A stretch of 64,000 nt of DNA from an uncultured Lachnospiraceae bacterium (GTDB taxonomy: Bacteria; Bacillota; Clostridia; TANB77; CAG-508): positions 14,925 through 78,924 of the forward strand of contig CAMEHU010000004.1 in the NCBI GenBank assembly GCA_945917765.1, given 5' to 3'. The translations under genes and the position numbers were made by a program. Shown here piece after piece: positions 1 to 12,000 of this stretch. The notes beneath the pieces are model-generated. The model saw only the letters and a program-made list of their open reading frames with translations, was not told the origin of the DNA and did no database searches. Position 1 is the first letter of the stretch; the number at the start of each line of letters is the position of its first letter.

Positions 1-308
1 ATTATGATGTAAAAATTGAAATAGGTAATTCTTATTTTCCTACTAAGCACTACGGAGACATTTCTTTACCAGCAGGCTATTATGATGCCTTAAAGGTAGA
101 AATAGGTGAAAGTGCTGGACAGAACTGGTGGTGTGTTATGTTTCCACCTTTATGCTTTGTAGATATGTCTACCGGAATTGTTCCTGATGAATCAAAAGAA
201 AAAATAAAAGAAAATTTGCCTGAAGAAGAATATGCTTTAATTAGCAGAACAGATAATAATAACTTAAATTTTAAGTTTAAATTAATTGAATTATTTTCTA
301 AGAATTAA
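1..308 (+). CDS. spoIIR: Stage II sporulation protein R, C-terminal part (5' end outside window)
   Basis: Frame open from window edge (codons phased from nt 3) to TAA 306-308. Translation ...GESAGQNWWCVMFPPLCFVD... carries the conserved SpoIIR core. Not in ORF track because no start codon lies in the window. Confidence 0.7.
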   Translation, partial: YDVKIEIGNSYFPTKHYGDISLPAGYYDALKVEIGESAGQNWWCVMFPPLCFVDMSTGIVPDESKEKIKENLPEEEYALISRTDNNNLNFKFKLIELFSKN

Positions 309-441
309 TTAATAGATTAAAAATATTATTTAGTTGAGAATAGCATAACTATCCTTATAGATTATTTATGAAAATACTAGATTGTTTATTTACTTTTTGA
401 AATATTTCTCAGGATAAATATCTATTCAAATATTCCATCAC

Positions 442-505
442 AAAAATATAAACATTTAATATTTAATTTTACATTACTATATTAAATGTTTATATTTTTA
501 TAATA
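442..505 (+). terminator. Hairpin terminator downstream of spoIIR
   Basis: Perfect 19-bp arms 442-460 / 481-499 (aaaaatataaacatttaat / attaaatgtttatattttt) ending in a T-run. Confidence 0.55.
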
Positions 506-687
506 TTGATTTTAGGCTAAAATTACGTATTTTTAAATGTTTTTAACCGTAATTATTATAATATTTTATTAATATAAGAAGGATTTTTTCTTTTTTTATA
601 ATAAAATTCAAATTTTTGTTGTAAAATTTTATATTTTATGTTATAACCTATAATGATTGTTTATACATATTTTTAGGGGGTAATCTT

Positions 688-1947
688 TTGGAAAAATTAG
701 TAATTAATGGTGGAACTCCTCTTAAAGGGGAAGTTACCATCAGTGGAGCAAAAAATGCCGCAGTTGCCATTTTGCCAGCTGCTTTACTTATAAATGGTAA
801 ATGTACTATAGAAAATTTACCTAACATTAGTGATGTTAAAATTTCTTGCGAAATTTTGACAAAACTAGGTGCAAAAATTGAATGGATTAATAAAAATACA
901 ATTACAATTGATACAACAGATATATGTGAACATAAAGCACCAATTGATATGACTAGTAAATTTAGAGCATCTTATTATTTAATTGGTTCGCTTTTAAGTA
1001 GATGCAAAGATGTAGAAGTTGGACTTCCAGGAGGATGTAATTTAGGTTCTCGTCCTATTGACCAACATATTAAAGGTTTTGAAGCACTAGGTGCAACAGT
1101 TACTGTATCAAATGGTAAAATCCAAGCATCTGCTGATAAATTAGTTGGAACATCAATTTATTTAGATATGGTTTCTGTAGGTGCTACAATAAATGTAATG
1201 CTTGCAAGTGTTTTAGCCGAAGGTACTACAATTATTGATAATGCTGCAAAAGAGCCACATATTGTAGATGTTGCAAACTTCTTAAATACAATGGGAGCAG
1301 ATATTCGTGGTGCTGGAACAGATGTCATCAAAATTAATGGTGTTAAAGAATTAAAAGGTGGTGCTACATATTCTGTAGTTCCAGATCAAATTGAAGCTGG
1401 AACATTTATGTTGGCTGCTGTTGCATCAAAAGGAGATATTTTAATAAAAAATTGTATTTCAAAGCATTTGGAATGTTTAACAGCAAAAATAATTGAAATA
1501 GGTGGACATGTTGAAGAAAACGGAGATGAAATAAGAGTATGGTGTAATAAAAGACCTAAAAAAGCAAATATAAAAACTCTACCATATCCAGGATTCCCAA
1601 CAGACTTACAGCCTCAAATGGGTGTTACTCTTGCAATTGCAAAAGGTACAAGTATTATTAATGAAAGTATTTGGGAATCTAGATTTCAATATACTAATGA
1701 ACTTAATAAAATGGGAGCAAATATTTCTCCACAAGGTAAAACAGCTATTTTTGAAGGTGTTGAAAAACTATCAGGAGCACCTGTTTATGCAACAGATTTA
1801 AGAGCTGGTGCAGCATTAATAATAGCAGGTATTATAGCAGAAGGTACAACTGAATTATATAATTTATCTCATATTGATAGAGGATATGAAAATATTGAAG
1901 AAAAATTCAGAAAACTTGGTGCAGATATTACTCGTGTTGAAGAATAA
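688..1947 (+). CDS. murA: UDP-N-acetylglucosamine 1-carboxyvinyltransferase
   Basis: 419 aa, TTG start after AGGGGG RBS. Active-site region GLPGGCNLGSRPIDQH and overall MurA/EPSP-synthase-fold sequence. Confidence 0.9.
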   Translation: MEKLVINGGTPLKGEVTISGAKNAAVAILPAALLINGKCTIENLPNISDVKISCEILTKLGAKIEWINKNTITIDTTDICEHKAPIDMTSKFRASYYLIGSLLSRCKDVEVGLPGGCNLGSRPIDQHIKGFEALGATVTVSNGKIQASADKLVGTSIYLDMVSVGATINVMLASVLAEGTTIIDNAAKEPHIVDVANFLNTMGADIRGAGTDVIKINGVKELKGGATYSVVPDQIEAGTFMLAAVASKGDILIKNCISKHLECLTAKIIEIGGHVEENGDEIRVWCNKRPKKANIKTLPYPGFPTDLQPQMGVTLAIAKGTSIINESIWESRFQYTNELNKMGANISPQGKTAIFEGVEKLSGAPVYATDLRAGAALIIAGIIAEGTTELYNLSHIDRGYENIEEKFRKLGADITRVEE

Positions 1948-2015
1948 ATTTATTTAATTAAGATTTTAAAAATCTAATTATTATACAACTGAAAACAGAA
2001 AAGGATGAATATAAA

Positions 2016-2807
2016 ATGTTTAAATTTTGTAGCTTATATAGTGGTAGTTCAGGGAATAGTTTATTTGTTGAAAATGATAAAACAAAAATTTTGATTGATT
2101 GTGGTGAAAGTGCAAAAAAAATTGTTAACTCTTTATCAGATATTGATGTTAATATAGAAGATATAGATGCAATTCTAGTAACTCATGAGCATATAGACCA
2201 TGTTAAATCACTTGGTACTTTATCAAGGAAATACGATATTCCTATTTATACAAATTTAGAAACTATTACTGCAATGCCTGAACAAGCTAATAAAATCAAA
2301 CAGGAAAATATTCATCTTTTTGATTTTACTAAGGATTTTTGCATAGGTGATTTGAAAATTCACCCTTTTTCAATACCACATGATGCTGCAAATCCTTGTG
2401 CATTTAATATTTATAATAATGATAAGAAAATTAGTGTAGCAACAGATATTGGACATATAACACCAGAAATTATTCAAAATTTAGAAAAAAGTATTTTTCT
2501 ATTACTAGAGGCAAATTATGATCCAAATATTTTAAAATGCTCACCATATCCATATCACTTAAAGGAACGTATTTCAGGTCCATTGGGGCATCTTTCAAAC
2601 AATTCAGCTGGTCAAACAATTTCTCATTTAATTGATTCTGGATTAAAAAATGTTATGCTTGGCCATTTAAGCAAAGAAAATAATTTTCCTGAATTAGCAT
2701 ACAAAACCGTAATGGAAGAAATAATTGAAAATAATTATCCTGAAAAATCTATACAATTAAGTGTAGCAACAAGGTTTAATCATACGCCTTTAATAGATGT
2801 TGGATAA
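2016..2807 (+). CDS. MBL-fold metallo-hydrolase (YycJ/WalJ-like)
   Basis: 263 aa. HEHIDH metal-binding motif near N-terminus. Typical length and position upstream of rlmH. Confidence 0.8.
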   Translation: MFKFCSLYSGSSGNSLFVENDKTKILIDCGESAKKIVNSLSDIDVNIEDIDAILVTHEHIDHVKSLGTLSRKYDIPIYTNLETITAMPEQANKIKQENIHLFDFTKDFCIGDLKIHPFSIPHDAANPCAFNIYNNDKKISVATDIGHITPEIIQNLEKSIFLLLEANYDPNILKCSPYPYHLKERISGPLGHLSNNSAGQTISHLIDSGLKNVMLGHLSKENNFPELAYKTVMEEIIENNYPEKSIQLSVATRFNHTPLIDVG

Positions 2808-2873
2808 TATTACTTATTGGTTTATAGGTTAAGCCTGATAAAAAACCTAAATTATATTATACGAGGAGTTTTG

Positions 2874-3356
2874 ATGTTACATATAAATATAGTTTGTGTT
2901 GGAAAAATAAAAGAAAATTTTCTTAAAAGTGCTATTGATGAATATTCAAAAAGACTAGGTAAATATTGTAATCTTAATATTATAGAATTAGTCGATGAAA
3001 AAATACCAAATAATGCAAGTGAAAAAGAGCAACTTATTGTTAAAGAAAAAGAAGGACAAAATATTTTAAATAATATAAAGAAAGATTCATATATTATTTG
3101 TTTAGATTTAAAGGGGAAACAATATACATCAGAAGAATTTTCAGAAAAATTAGAAAATATTTCTCTAAATTATAATAGCTCAATTACCTTTGTAATTGGC
3201 GGTTCCTTAGGGATTTCTACTAGTGTTCTATCTGTAGCAAATGAATTAATATCTTTTTCAAAAATGACATTTCCACATCAATTATTTAGAGTATTTTTAT
3301 TAGAGCAGATTTATCGAGGCTTTAAAATTATTAATAACGAAACATATCATAAATAA
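2874..3356 (+). CDS. rlmH: 23S rRNA (pseudouridine1915-N3)-methyltransferase RlmH
   Basis: SPOUT-type sequence MLHINIVCVGKIKE...FVIGGSLG. ATG 2874 preferred (GAGGAG RBS 2863-2868) over the ORF-track start at 2817. Confidence 0.85.
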   Translation: MLHINIVCVGKIKENFLKSAIDEYSKRLGKYCNLNIIELVDEKIPNNASEKEQLIVKEKEGQNILNNIKKDSYIICLDLKGKQYTSEEFSEKLENISLNYNSSITFVIGGSLGISTSVLSVANELISFSKMTFPHQLFRVFLLEQIYRGFKIINNETYHK

Positions 3357-3801
3357 GATTTCTTATTTATGATTTTTTATTTATTATTTATTACTTATTT
3401 TTTATTATTTTTTATTTAACTGCAAAGAAAAATAGTTAAATATTCTCATTTAAGAATAGGGGGACTTTATATAAGAACAAAACAGATAGAAGATTACAAA
3501 ATCAAAAAAAAATTTACAACTAATATATTTGGGACTTTTTTATTATTTTTTTATTTCTTTTTTTGCTTTTTTCTATATTTCTATTTTTCTTTGCAAAATT
3601 AAAAACTAAATTAATTATTTATTTATTTTTATCTTTATATATTTTATTAATATTTTTTCTAGGAATATTTTTACAAGAATAAAAATAATTATGAATAAAA
3701 AAATTCTAAAGATCATTTTAACCTCCAAAAAGGATTGATTATTACGCTATAATAATACAACCCTTTATCACAGATGTCAAGAAAAATCGTTCGACATAAT
3801 T

Positions 3802-4326
3802 CTACATAAAACTACATACAAATATTGAAACTATTATTCCAATAAAATCACCTATTAACGCCGCAATTAATATTCCACGAGTATTTTTTATTTTTACACA
3901 ACTTGAATATACTGCAATAGTATATAATGTTGTTTCTGTGGAACCCATTATAACTGATGCAATTCTTCCGATATTTGAATCAACACCATAATTGTTCATA
4001 ATATCAGTCGCAACAGCTATTGCAGAACTTCCAGAGATTGGTCTTAAAATAGCAAGTGGCATTATTTCTTTTGGTATATTTATTGTCTGTATTATTGGTG
4101 ATAGACAATTTATAATTAAGTCAAGCAAGCCAGAATTTCTTAGGGCTCCAACTGCTACGAACAATCCTATAAGTGTTGGAAAAATATTATAAACAATTTC
4201 AATTCCCTCTTTTGCACCATCAATAAAAATGTCAAAAACAGATTTTTTTTCTATATAACTATATGAAATTATTAAAAATATAATTGCAGGCATAGCAATT
4301 ATAGAAATATAATTAATTATTTTCAT
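3802..4326 (-). CDS. spmB: Spore maturation protein B (nucleoside-recognition/Gate-domain membrane protein)
   Basis: 174-aa polytopic membrane protein directly downstream of an spmA-like gene; family resemblance. Confidence 0.7.
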   Translation of the reverse strand: MKIINYISIIAMPAIIFLIISYSYIEKKSVFDIFIDGAKEGIEIVYNIFPTLIGLFVAVGALRNSGLLDLIINCLSPIIQTINIPKEIMPLAILRPISGSSAIAVATDIMNNYGVDSNIGRIASVIMGSTETTLYTIAVYSSCVKIKNTRGILIAALIGDFIGIIVSIFVCSFM

Positions 4327-4471
4327 CTATACTTCCTTATAATTTTTTTTATAATATTTTATTATTTATTTTAATTTAATTAATATTTTATTTATTTAAT
4401 TTTTATTTAATTTATTTATATTTTATTTTACTTATTTTTTATTTTATATACTTTATTTTTTGTTTTTTAAT

Positions 4472-5062
4472 TTATTTATTTTTTAAGTTTGTCTTTTTAA
4501 TTAATCCTTTAGTAACAATTATTGCCACGATAATTGAGCATATCGAAGCACACCAAACCGGAAACACAATAGAGGTAGGATTATTAGACCCCAACGAACT
4601 TCTAATCGCAATTACCGTTGTAGGAATTAATTGTAATGACGCTGTATTCAATACTATAAAAATCATCATTGAATTTGATAATCTTTCTTTATTTATATTT
4701 TCTTCCTGCATGCTCATCATTGCCTTAACCCCTAATGGTGTTGCTGCATTTCCCAATCCAAAAATATTTGCAATAATATTCATAGATATTTCTTTTTTTA
4801 TTTTTTCTTTATTTTTTATTTCTGGAAATAATAATCTAATTATAGGATTTAATATTTTTACTATAATATTTATTAAATTACTTTTATAAGCAATTTTCAT
4901 TATTCCATTCCATAAACACATTGTTCCTAAAAAAGTTAAGCTTAATTCAACAGCATTTTTTGTGGATTCAAAAATCCCATTATTTACTTTTTCAATATTA
5001 CCAGATATACATGCATACATAATAGATACTATTAAAAAAATTGGCCATATTTTATTTAACAT
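4472..5062 (-). CDS. spmA: Spore maturation protein A
   Basis: 196-aa membrane protein with Gate-domain-like sequence (GLGNAATPLGVKAM), paired with spmB. Confidence 0.7.
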   Translation of the reverse strand: MLNKIWPIFLIVSIMYACISGNIEKVNNGIFESTKNAVELSLTFLGTMCLWNGIMKIAYKSNLINIIVKILNPIIRLLFPEIKNKEKIKKEISMNIIANIFGLGNAATPLGVKAMMSMQEENINKERLSNSMMIFIVLNTASLQLIPTTVIAIRSSLGSNNPTSIVFPVWCASICSIIVAIIVTKGLIKKTNLKNK

Positions 5063-5367
5063 TAAATACTCGTCTCCTTTTACATTTAATATTATTCTTT
5101 TTGGTGATTTTTAGACCTTTAATTTTTATTATTTTTAAATTAATTTATAAAATAATTAATAAATATACTAATTAAAATATTTTTTTATTATTATTTTTAA
5201 TTATTATTTTTATTATATTTTTTAAATTATTAAATTTACTTTTAATGCTTTTTATATTAATTAAATAAAGATATTAAACATTAAATGGAAATATTTTACA
5301 TTTATTATTGTTTTTTTTATTTTTATATGCTAAAATAAATTAAATTTGAAACTCGGAGGTATAAATT

Positions 5368-5646
5368 ATGAAATCAACAGGTATAATTCGAAAATTAGAT
5401 GAACTAGGACGAGTTGTAATTCCAATAGAATTACGAAATAAATTCAATATTTCTGAAAAAGATCCAATAGAAATATATGTAGACGGTTCAAATATAATAC
5501 TAAAAAAATATGAAATAAGTTGTATTTTTTGTGGAAAATCAGAAAATCTTAAAGAGTTTAAAGATAAACAAATTTGTTCTGCTTGTTTAAGCAAACTTAA
5601 TTCATTATCAGAAAAAAAGAAAAGAATTAATAAAAAAGAAAAATAA
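5368..5646 (+). CDS. abrB: AbrB/SpoVT-family transition-state regulator
   Basis: N-terminal swapped-hairpin domain MKSTGIIRKLDELGRVVIPIELR; GGAGG RBS. Confidence 0.8.
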   Translation: MKSTGIIRKLDELGRVVIPIELRNKFNISEKDPIEIYVDGSNIILKKYEISCIFCGKSENLKEFKDKQICSACLSKLNSLSEKKKRINKKEK

Positions 5647-5654
5647 ATAAAAAA

Positions 5655-5712
5655 GAAATAATTGAAGTAAAGCCCCTACGGTTCACTTCAATTATTTCCT
5701 TTTTTATTTTTT
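5655..5712 (+). terminator. Rho-independent terminator of abrB
   Basis: 14-bp stem 5655-5668 / 5685-5698 (gaaataattgaagt / acttcaattatttc) followed by a T-rich run. Confidence 0.7.
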
Positions 5713-5779
5713 TACTAATTAATAAAATATTCATATTTTATTATTAATTTTAAATTATTTTTTTTACTAACATTTATTT

Positions 5780-6622
5780 TTATTTATCAATTAATTTCAT
5801 ATAAATATCATTTTTGCTTACATTTCTATCTTTGGCTATTTTTTTTATTATTTCCTTTTTATCATAATTCTGTTTTTTATAATAATCATAATGTTCATCA
5901 AGTGTCAAATTATTTAATATTAATTTAACATCGTTTTCATCATTAATATTAGAATTTCCCTCAATTATAATTATCATTTCCCCCTTTAATTCTTGATATT
6001 TTTCTATAATTTCACTTACTTTTCCTCTAATAAATTCTTCATGTATTTTAGTTAACTCACGAGCTAATACAATATTTCTATCTCCAATTTCGCTTAAAAT
6101 ATCTTTTAGAGTTTGATTAATTTTATGTGGTGCCTCATATATAATTATAGTCTTATCTTCTTTTTTTAATTTTTCAAATTGATTTTTTCTTATTTTTTTA
6201 TTTAAAGATAAAAATCCATAAAAACAAAATTCTTTTGTGTTCATTCCAGAACATATTAACGCATTTATTAATGCACATGCTCCAGGAATTGGAATTATTT
6301 CTATATTTTTTTCTATTGCTTGTTTTACAACTTCTTCCCCAGGGTCAGAAATTGCCGGAGTTCCTGCATCTGTTATTATTGCAATATTTTCCCCATTTAA
6401 TATTTTATTAATTAATACTTCAGTTTTATTATCTTCATTATGCCTATGATAGCTTATTAATGGCTTAGAAATATTTAAATGATTTAATAATTTTAAACTA
6501 TGTCTTGTGTCCTCTGCGGCAATAAGATCAACTTCATTCAACACTTTTACAGCTCTATATGTTATATCATCTAAATTTCCTATAGGAGTAGCTACCAAAT
6601 ATAATTTACCAATATTTCCCAT
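5780..6622 (-). CDS. rsmI: 16S rRNA (cytidine1402-2'-O)-methyltransferase RsmI
   Basis: LYLVATPIGNLDDIT and AEDTRHS motifs. ATG at 6622 with upstream purine-rich RBS preferred; the ORF track extends to GTG 6649. Confidence 0.85.
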   Translation of the reverse strand: MGNIGKLYLVATPIGNLDDITYRAVKVLNEVDLIAAEDTRHSLKLLNHLNISKPLISYHRHNEDNKTEVLINKILNGENIAIITDAGTPAISDPGEEVVKQAIEKNIEIIPIPGACALINALICSGMNTKEFCFYGFLSLNKKIRKNQFEKLKKEDKTIIIYEAPHKINQTLKDILSEIGDRNIVLARELTKIHEEFIRGKVSEIIEKYQELKGEMIIIIEGNSNINDENDVKLILNNLTLDEHYDYYKKQNYDKKEIIKKIAKDRNVSKNDIYMKLIDK

Positions 6623-6795
6623 TTTTTCTTTCCCTTCTTTATTTTTCACTCTTTTACTAATACTTAATTATTTTTTTGTTATTTAATTTTTAAAATTTAT
6701 TTTATAGTGTTTTTATTTTATTTAATTATAATTACTTTAAATATTCTTAATATTAATTATTAAATTTAAAAAACTAAATATATTTTTTTATTTAT

Positions 6796-7557
6796 TTAAT
6801 TGTTATTATTATAAATGTTTATAATCTCATCAGAATATTCCCCATTTTCGCGATAGATATACAATGGATTTTCAATTTCAAGAAAATCACCACCATTTTT
6901 TACTGCTTTTATTAAAACAAGTTTTGCATTTTTACTATCATTTTTCGAATATACAAATCTTATTTTTTTAGGCTCTATTTTATTTTCTCTTAAGCTATAG
7001 ATTATATCTGATAATCTTTCTGGTCTGTGGACCATATATAATGTGCCTTTATCTTTTAATACTATTTTCGCTGTTTTTATAAAATCATTTATATCTGCTA
7101 AAATTTCATGTCTTGAAATTAGTTTTTTTTCATTTTCATTTTTCCCACCAGTATTATTTTTTTTGTATGGTGGGTTAGTAACTACTACGTCAAATGACTC
7201 TCTTTCAACATTATCTAAAATGTTTTTTATATTGCAATTAATAATATTAAATTTATTTTCTAAATTATTTAACATTATACTTCTATTTGCCATATCAGCA
7301 ACTTCTGCCTGTACCTCTATTCCAGTAATATTTGCCAAATTAGTTTTTGCTATTAATAAAAAACCAATAATTCCTGTTCCCGTTCCTAAATCAATTACCT
7401 TGCTATTTTTTTTTATATCTTTTGCAAAATCAGAAAGTATTACACTATCTATTCCAAAGCAGAATCCATCTGTGTTTTGTATTATTTTTAAATTCTTAAT
7501 TTGTAAATCATCTATTCTTTCATTATCTTTTAAAATAACTATCACCTTTTCTTTCAC
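6796..7557 (-). CDS. Class I SAM-dependent methyltransferase, tRNA(adenine-N6)-MTase-like (YabB/TrmN6-like)
   Basis: Motif I DLGTGTGIIG and motif IV VVTNPPY. Confidence 0.7.
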   Translation of the reverse strand: MKEKVIVILKDNERIDDLQIKNLKIIQNTDGFCFGIDSVILSDFAKDIKKNSKVIDLGTGTGIIGFLLIAKTNLANITGIEVQAEVADMANRSIMLNNLENKFNIINCNIKNILDNVERESFDVVVTNPPYKKNNTGGKNENEKKLISRHEILADINDFIKTAKIVLKDKGTLYMVHRPERLSDIIYSLRENKIEPKKIRFVYSKNDSKNAKLVLIKAVKNGGDFLEIENPLYIYRENGEYSDEIINIYNNNN

Positions 7558-8293
7558 ATATTTTTTTATTTTTAATATTATATAATAAATTTTATTTTTT
7601 TTAAAGTGTTTTATTTTATTTATATTTTATTTATATTTTTTGTTATATTTTTTGTTATATTTTTTTGCTATTTTTTAATAATTATTATTTAATTATTATT
7701 TATTTATTATTTTTTTTATTTTTTATTTATTATTTTTTATTTATTTTTTATCTAATATTAATTTTAATAATTATTTTTTATTAACTATATTTTTAATATT
7801 TATAATTATCATTTTAATTAATTATAATTTTAAAATTATTTTTTTATAATTATTATATATTGCTTACAATTAATTATTATTATTTATTAATTATTTAATT
7901 ACTTTTTAGGAGGGTTTGAAATGAAAGTTTCTGATTATTATAAATAGCATGGAATTTTATAATAATAAAAAAAACAATAAAAAGAAAAAAATAAATTTTA
8001 AGGAAAAAAAAGATAATGCATTTAAATCATTAGCCGAAATAGAAGGCTTTTTACAAAGCTTTTCAAAAATATCTAAATTTGCCAAAATTTCTAAGTTTCT
8101 AAAAAAATAGAATAAAAATATTTTTTATTCTATTTTTTAGAAATATTAAATTATTAATTATCTTCTAAATATTTATTTAATTATTTATTTTTTATTAAAT
8201 TATTTATTAATTATTCTATTTATTATTTTACTAATTATTTTATTTATTATTTATTTTATCTATTATCTATTTATTAATTAATATTCACTATTT

Positions 8294-8851
8294 TTAATTA
8301 TCCACCCTTAAATATTTTTCAGACAAATTAAAATTGCCTAAATATTTATTTTCTTCACCATCTATTAATATTTTTACAGAATTAACCTCATTTAATTCTG
8401 TTAATGTTTTAACTAAACAATTAATTGTTTTTATTTCTTCGTTTTCTTTTCCACTATATTCTTCTATAAAACTTTTATTAAAGTCTATGATTACGCAATC
8501 ACCCATTAGTTTTGTGCTATTTATTTTCACATTTTTTGAACAATTATTTTTTAATTTATTATTTTTTGGTCCTTCTAACCATAAGTTTACTAACTCTTTA
8601 TATGGTTCTGTCATTATTTTTTTTACATCAATTAATTTATTTTCAACTTCTATTTCTCCTGTTTCGTCATTGATATAATATAATGAAATAATAGTATTTC
8701 TTAATTGTTCATCTGAAATTTCCTGTTCTGGAACTATTTCATTTGATTCATTTATTACTTCTTCATCCCTATTAAAATATGACCATAATATTATTGATAA
8801 AATTATTAATAATATTGCAATCGTTAAAAAATAAATTTTTTTTGCTTTCAT
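8294..8851 (-). CDS. GerMN-domain-like sporulation/germination protein with N-terminal membrane anchor
   Basis: 185 aa; N-terminal TM (IYFLTIAILLIILSIILW) followed by a domain resembling GerM repeats. Assignment from weak family resemblance only. Confidence 0.5.
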   Translation of the reverse strand: MKAKKIYFLTIAILLIILSIILWSYFNRDEEVINESNEIVPEQEISDEQLRNTIISLYYINDETGEIEVENKLIDVKKIMTEPYKELVNLWLEGPKNNKLKNNCSKNVKINSTKLMGDCVIIDFNKSFIEEYSGKENEEIKTINCLVKTLTELNEVNSVKILIDGEENKYLGNFNLSEKYLRVDN

Positions 8852-9059
8852 AATATCCGTCCTTTCAATTTTTGATTAGTTTATATTATTATAGCCAAGC
8901 TTATTTTAGAACAACTATATTGTTTTTTCTATAATTTCATAGCTTTTTTTCGACAACTTTATTTCCATTTTTTCCCTAGTTTTTATTGTTTGACAAATTT
9001 CGCATTTCAATATAAAATAAGGTTTGAAAATATTTATTTTTGAGAGGAGTTTTACCAAT

Positions 9060-12000
9060 ATGAATAACGTTTTACATGTTGGAGTTGACGTAGGGTCAAC
9101 AACTGTAAAAATAGTTGTTTTAAATTCTGATTTACAAGTCCTTTTTGAAAATTATCAAAGGCACTATTCAGATACAAAAAATACTATTTGTACAGTATTA
9201 GAAGATTTAATAAAAAAATATCCTGAATATTATTATACAATTGCTTTAACAGGGTCTGGTGCAATGTCTGCTGCTAAATTTTTAGACTTGCCTTTTATCC
9301 AAGAAGTTGTTTCTTGTAAACGCTCTGTTGAAAAATATATTCCACAGACAGATGTTGTTATTGAATTAGGTGGGGAAGATGCAAAAATTATTTATTTTGA
9401 TAAATTTATTGAGCAAAGAATGAATGGTACATGCGCAGGTGGAACAGGAGCTTTCATTGACCAAATGGCTGCTTTACTTCACACTGATAGTGCTGGATTA
9501 AATGAACTTGCTAAGAATTATAAAACAATTTATCCAATTGCATCTAGATGTGGGGTTTTTGCTAAAACTGATATTCAACCACTTTTAAATGAAGGAGCTG
9601 CAAAAGAAGATATTGCAGTATCAATTTTTCAAGCTGTTGTTAATCAAACAATTAGCGGATTAGCTTGCGGAAGACCAATTAGAGGTAACGTTGCTTTTTT
9701 AGGTGGACCTTTAAATTATTTGTCAGAATTAAGAAATAGATTTATTGAAACATTAAATTTACAACCTGAACAAATAATTGTTCCAGATGAAGCACATCTT
9801 TTTGTTGCAAAAGGCGCAGCTCTTGATTCCCTAAGTGCTTCAGCTGTAAGTGCTCAAAATTTAAGCAGTAAAATTGAGGTTTTACGAAATTCTGTTGATA
9901 AATCATCTACATCACTTGCACCTTTATTTTCAATTGATGCTGATTATGAAGATTTTAAAGTTAGACATAGCAAAGATACTGTAAAAAAAGAAGATTTATC
10001 TTCATATGAAGGTGACTGCTTTATAGGTATTGACGCGGGTTCTACAACAACTAAATTAGTTTTAATTGATGGAGAAGGTAACTTATTATATTCTTTATAT
10101 GGAAGTAATGAAGGAAATCCTTTAAATAGTGTAATTAAAATGCTTAAGGATTTATATAACAAACTTCCTAGTAACGCTAAAATTAGATATAGTGGAGTTA
10201 CAGGTTATGGCGAAAAATTAATTCAAACTGCTTTAAAAGTTGATTTAAATGAAATTGAAACAATAGCTCATTATACTGCAGCTAAAGAATTTATGCCAGA
10301 AGTAACAAGTATTGTTGATATTGGTGGCCAAGATATGAAATATATTAAAATTAAAAATGGCACAATTGACAATATAATGCTAAATGAAGCGTGCTCATCT
10401 GGATGTGGCTCATTTATAGAAACATTTGCTAAAAGCTTAAATTTAAGTATTTCTGAGTTTGTAAATTCTGCTTTAGAAGCAAGAAATCCTGTTGACCTTG
10501 GTTCAAGATGTACTGTTTTTATGAATTCAAAGATTAAACAAGCTCAAAAAGAAGGATTTACTGTTGGTGATATTTCAGCAGGTCTTTCATATTCAGTTAT
10601 AAAAAATGCGATTCAAAAAGTTATGAAAATCAGAGATATGAAAACATTGGGAGATAACATAGTAGTTCAAGGTGGTACCTTTTATAATGATGCTGTTTTA
10701 AGAGCTTTTGAATTAATTGTTGGAAAAAATGTTGTTCGTCCTGATATAGCTGGTTTAATGGGAGCTTATGGTGTTGCATTACTTGCCAAACAACAATATG
10801 AAGCTAATTTAGATATGGAATACCATTCAAATATTTTAGGTATTAATGAACTAGATAACTTAGAAATTCAAACATCACATGTTCGTTGTAATAGATGCGA
10901 AAATCATTGTTTATTAACAATTAATAAATTTAATGATGGTAGCAGATGTATTACAGGAAACAGATGTGAAAAAGGCGAAGGAATTGTAAGTTCTTCAGAA
11001 CAATTGCCAAATTTAGTTAAATATAAATATGAAAGAACATTTAATTATACACCTTTAGATGCAACTGAAGCAAAACGTGGAACCATTGGTATCCCTAGGG
11101 TTCTTAATATGTATGAGGACTACCCTTTCTGGTTTACGTTCCTTACAAATTTAGGATTTAGAGTAATTATCTCAGAAAAGAGTAATAGGAAAACATATGA
11201 AAAAGGTATAGAATCTATGCCTTCAGAATCAGTTTGTTTTCCAGCAAAATTATCACATGGACATATTATTAGTTTAATAAATTCTGGAATTACAACTATT
11301 TTTTATCCTTGTATTCCTTATTCAAGAAAAGAATTTAAAGAATCTAATAATAGATACAATTGTCCAATTGTAACTTCTTATCCAGAAGTTTTAAAAAATA
11401 ATGTGGAAGAACTAAAATCAAAAAATATTAATTTTTTAAATCCATTTCTTCCTTTTGAAGCTAAAAAACTAGCACAAACAATTATGGATTTACCTGAATT
11501 TGCAAGTTACAATTTTACTAAAAAAGAATTATTAAATGCTGCTAAAAAAGCTGAAGAAGAATATCAAAACTATAAAAATGATATTCATAAAAAAGGTGAA
11601 GAAACCGTAAAATATTTAAATGATAACAATTTAAAAGGAATCGTTTTAGCTGGTCGTCCATATCATATGGACCCAGAAGTAAACCATGGTATTGATACTT
11701 TAATTACAAGTTTAGGTTTATCAGTTTTAACTGAAGATAGTGTATGTCATTTAACTACTGACAGAAAACCTCTTCGTGCTGTTGACCAATGGACATATCA
11801 TTCAAGATTATATAATGCTGCAGATTTTGTTGGAAGAACAGACAATTTGGAATTAGTACAACTAAATTCTTTTGGATGTGGCGTTGATGCTGTCACAACA
11901 GATCAAGTTGAAGAAATTCTAACAAGTTATGGAAAAATGTACACATTAATAAAAATAGATGAAATCAATAACTTGGGTGCTGTTAGAATTCGTATTCGTT

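Noticed and set aside
3421-3597. Inverted repeat tgcaaagaaaaatag / ctatttttctttgca (3421-3435 / 3582-3596) and a possible 26-codon hydrophobic TTG-ORF between the arms
   Set aside because: The arms are short and A/T-rich, the ORF has no RBS, and the signal is indistinguishable from background low-complexity sequence.
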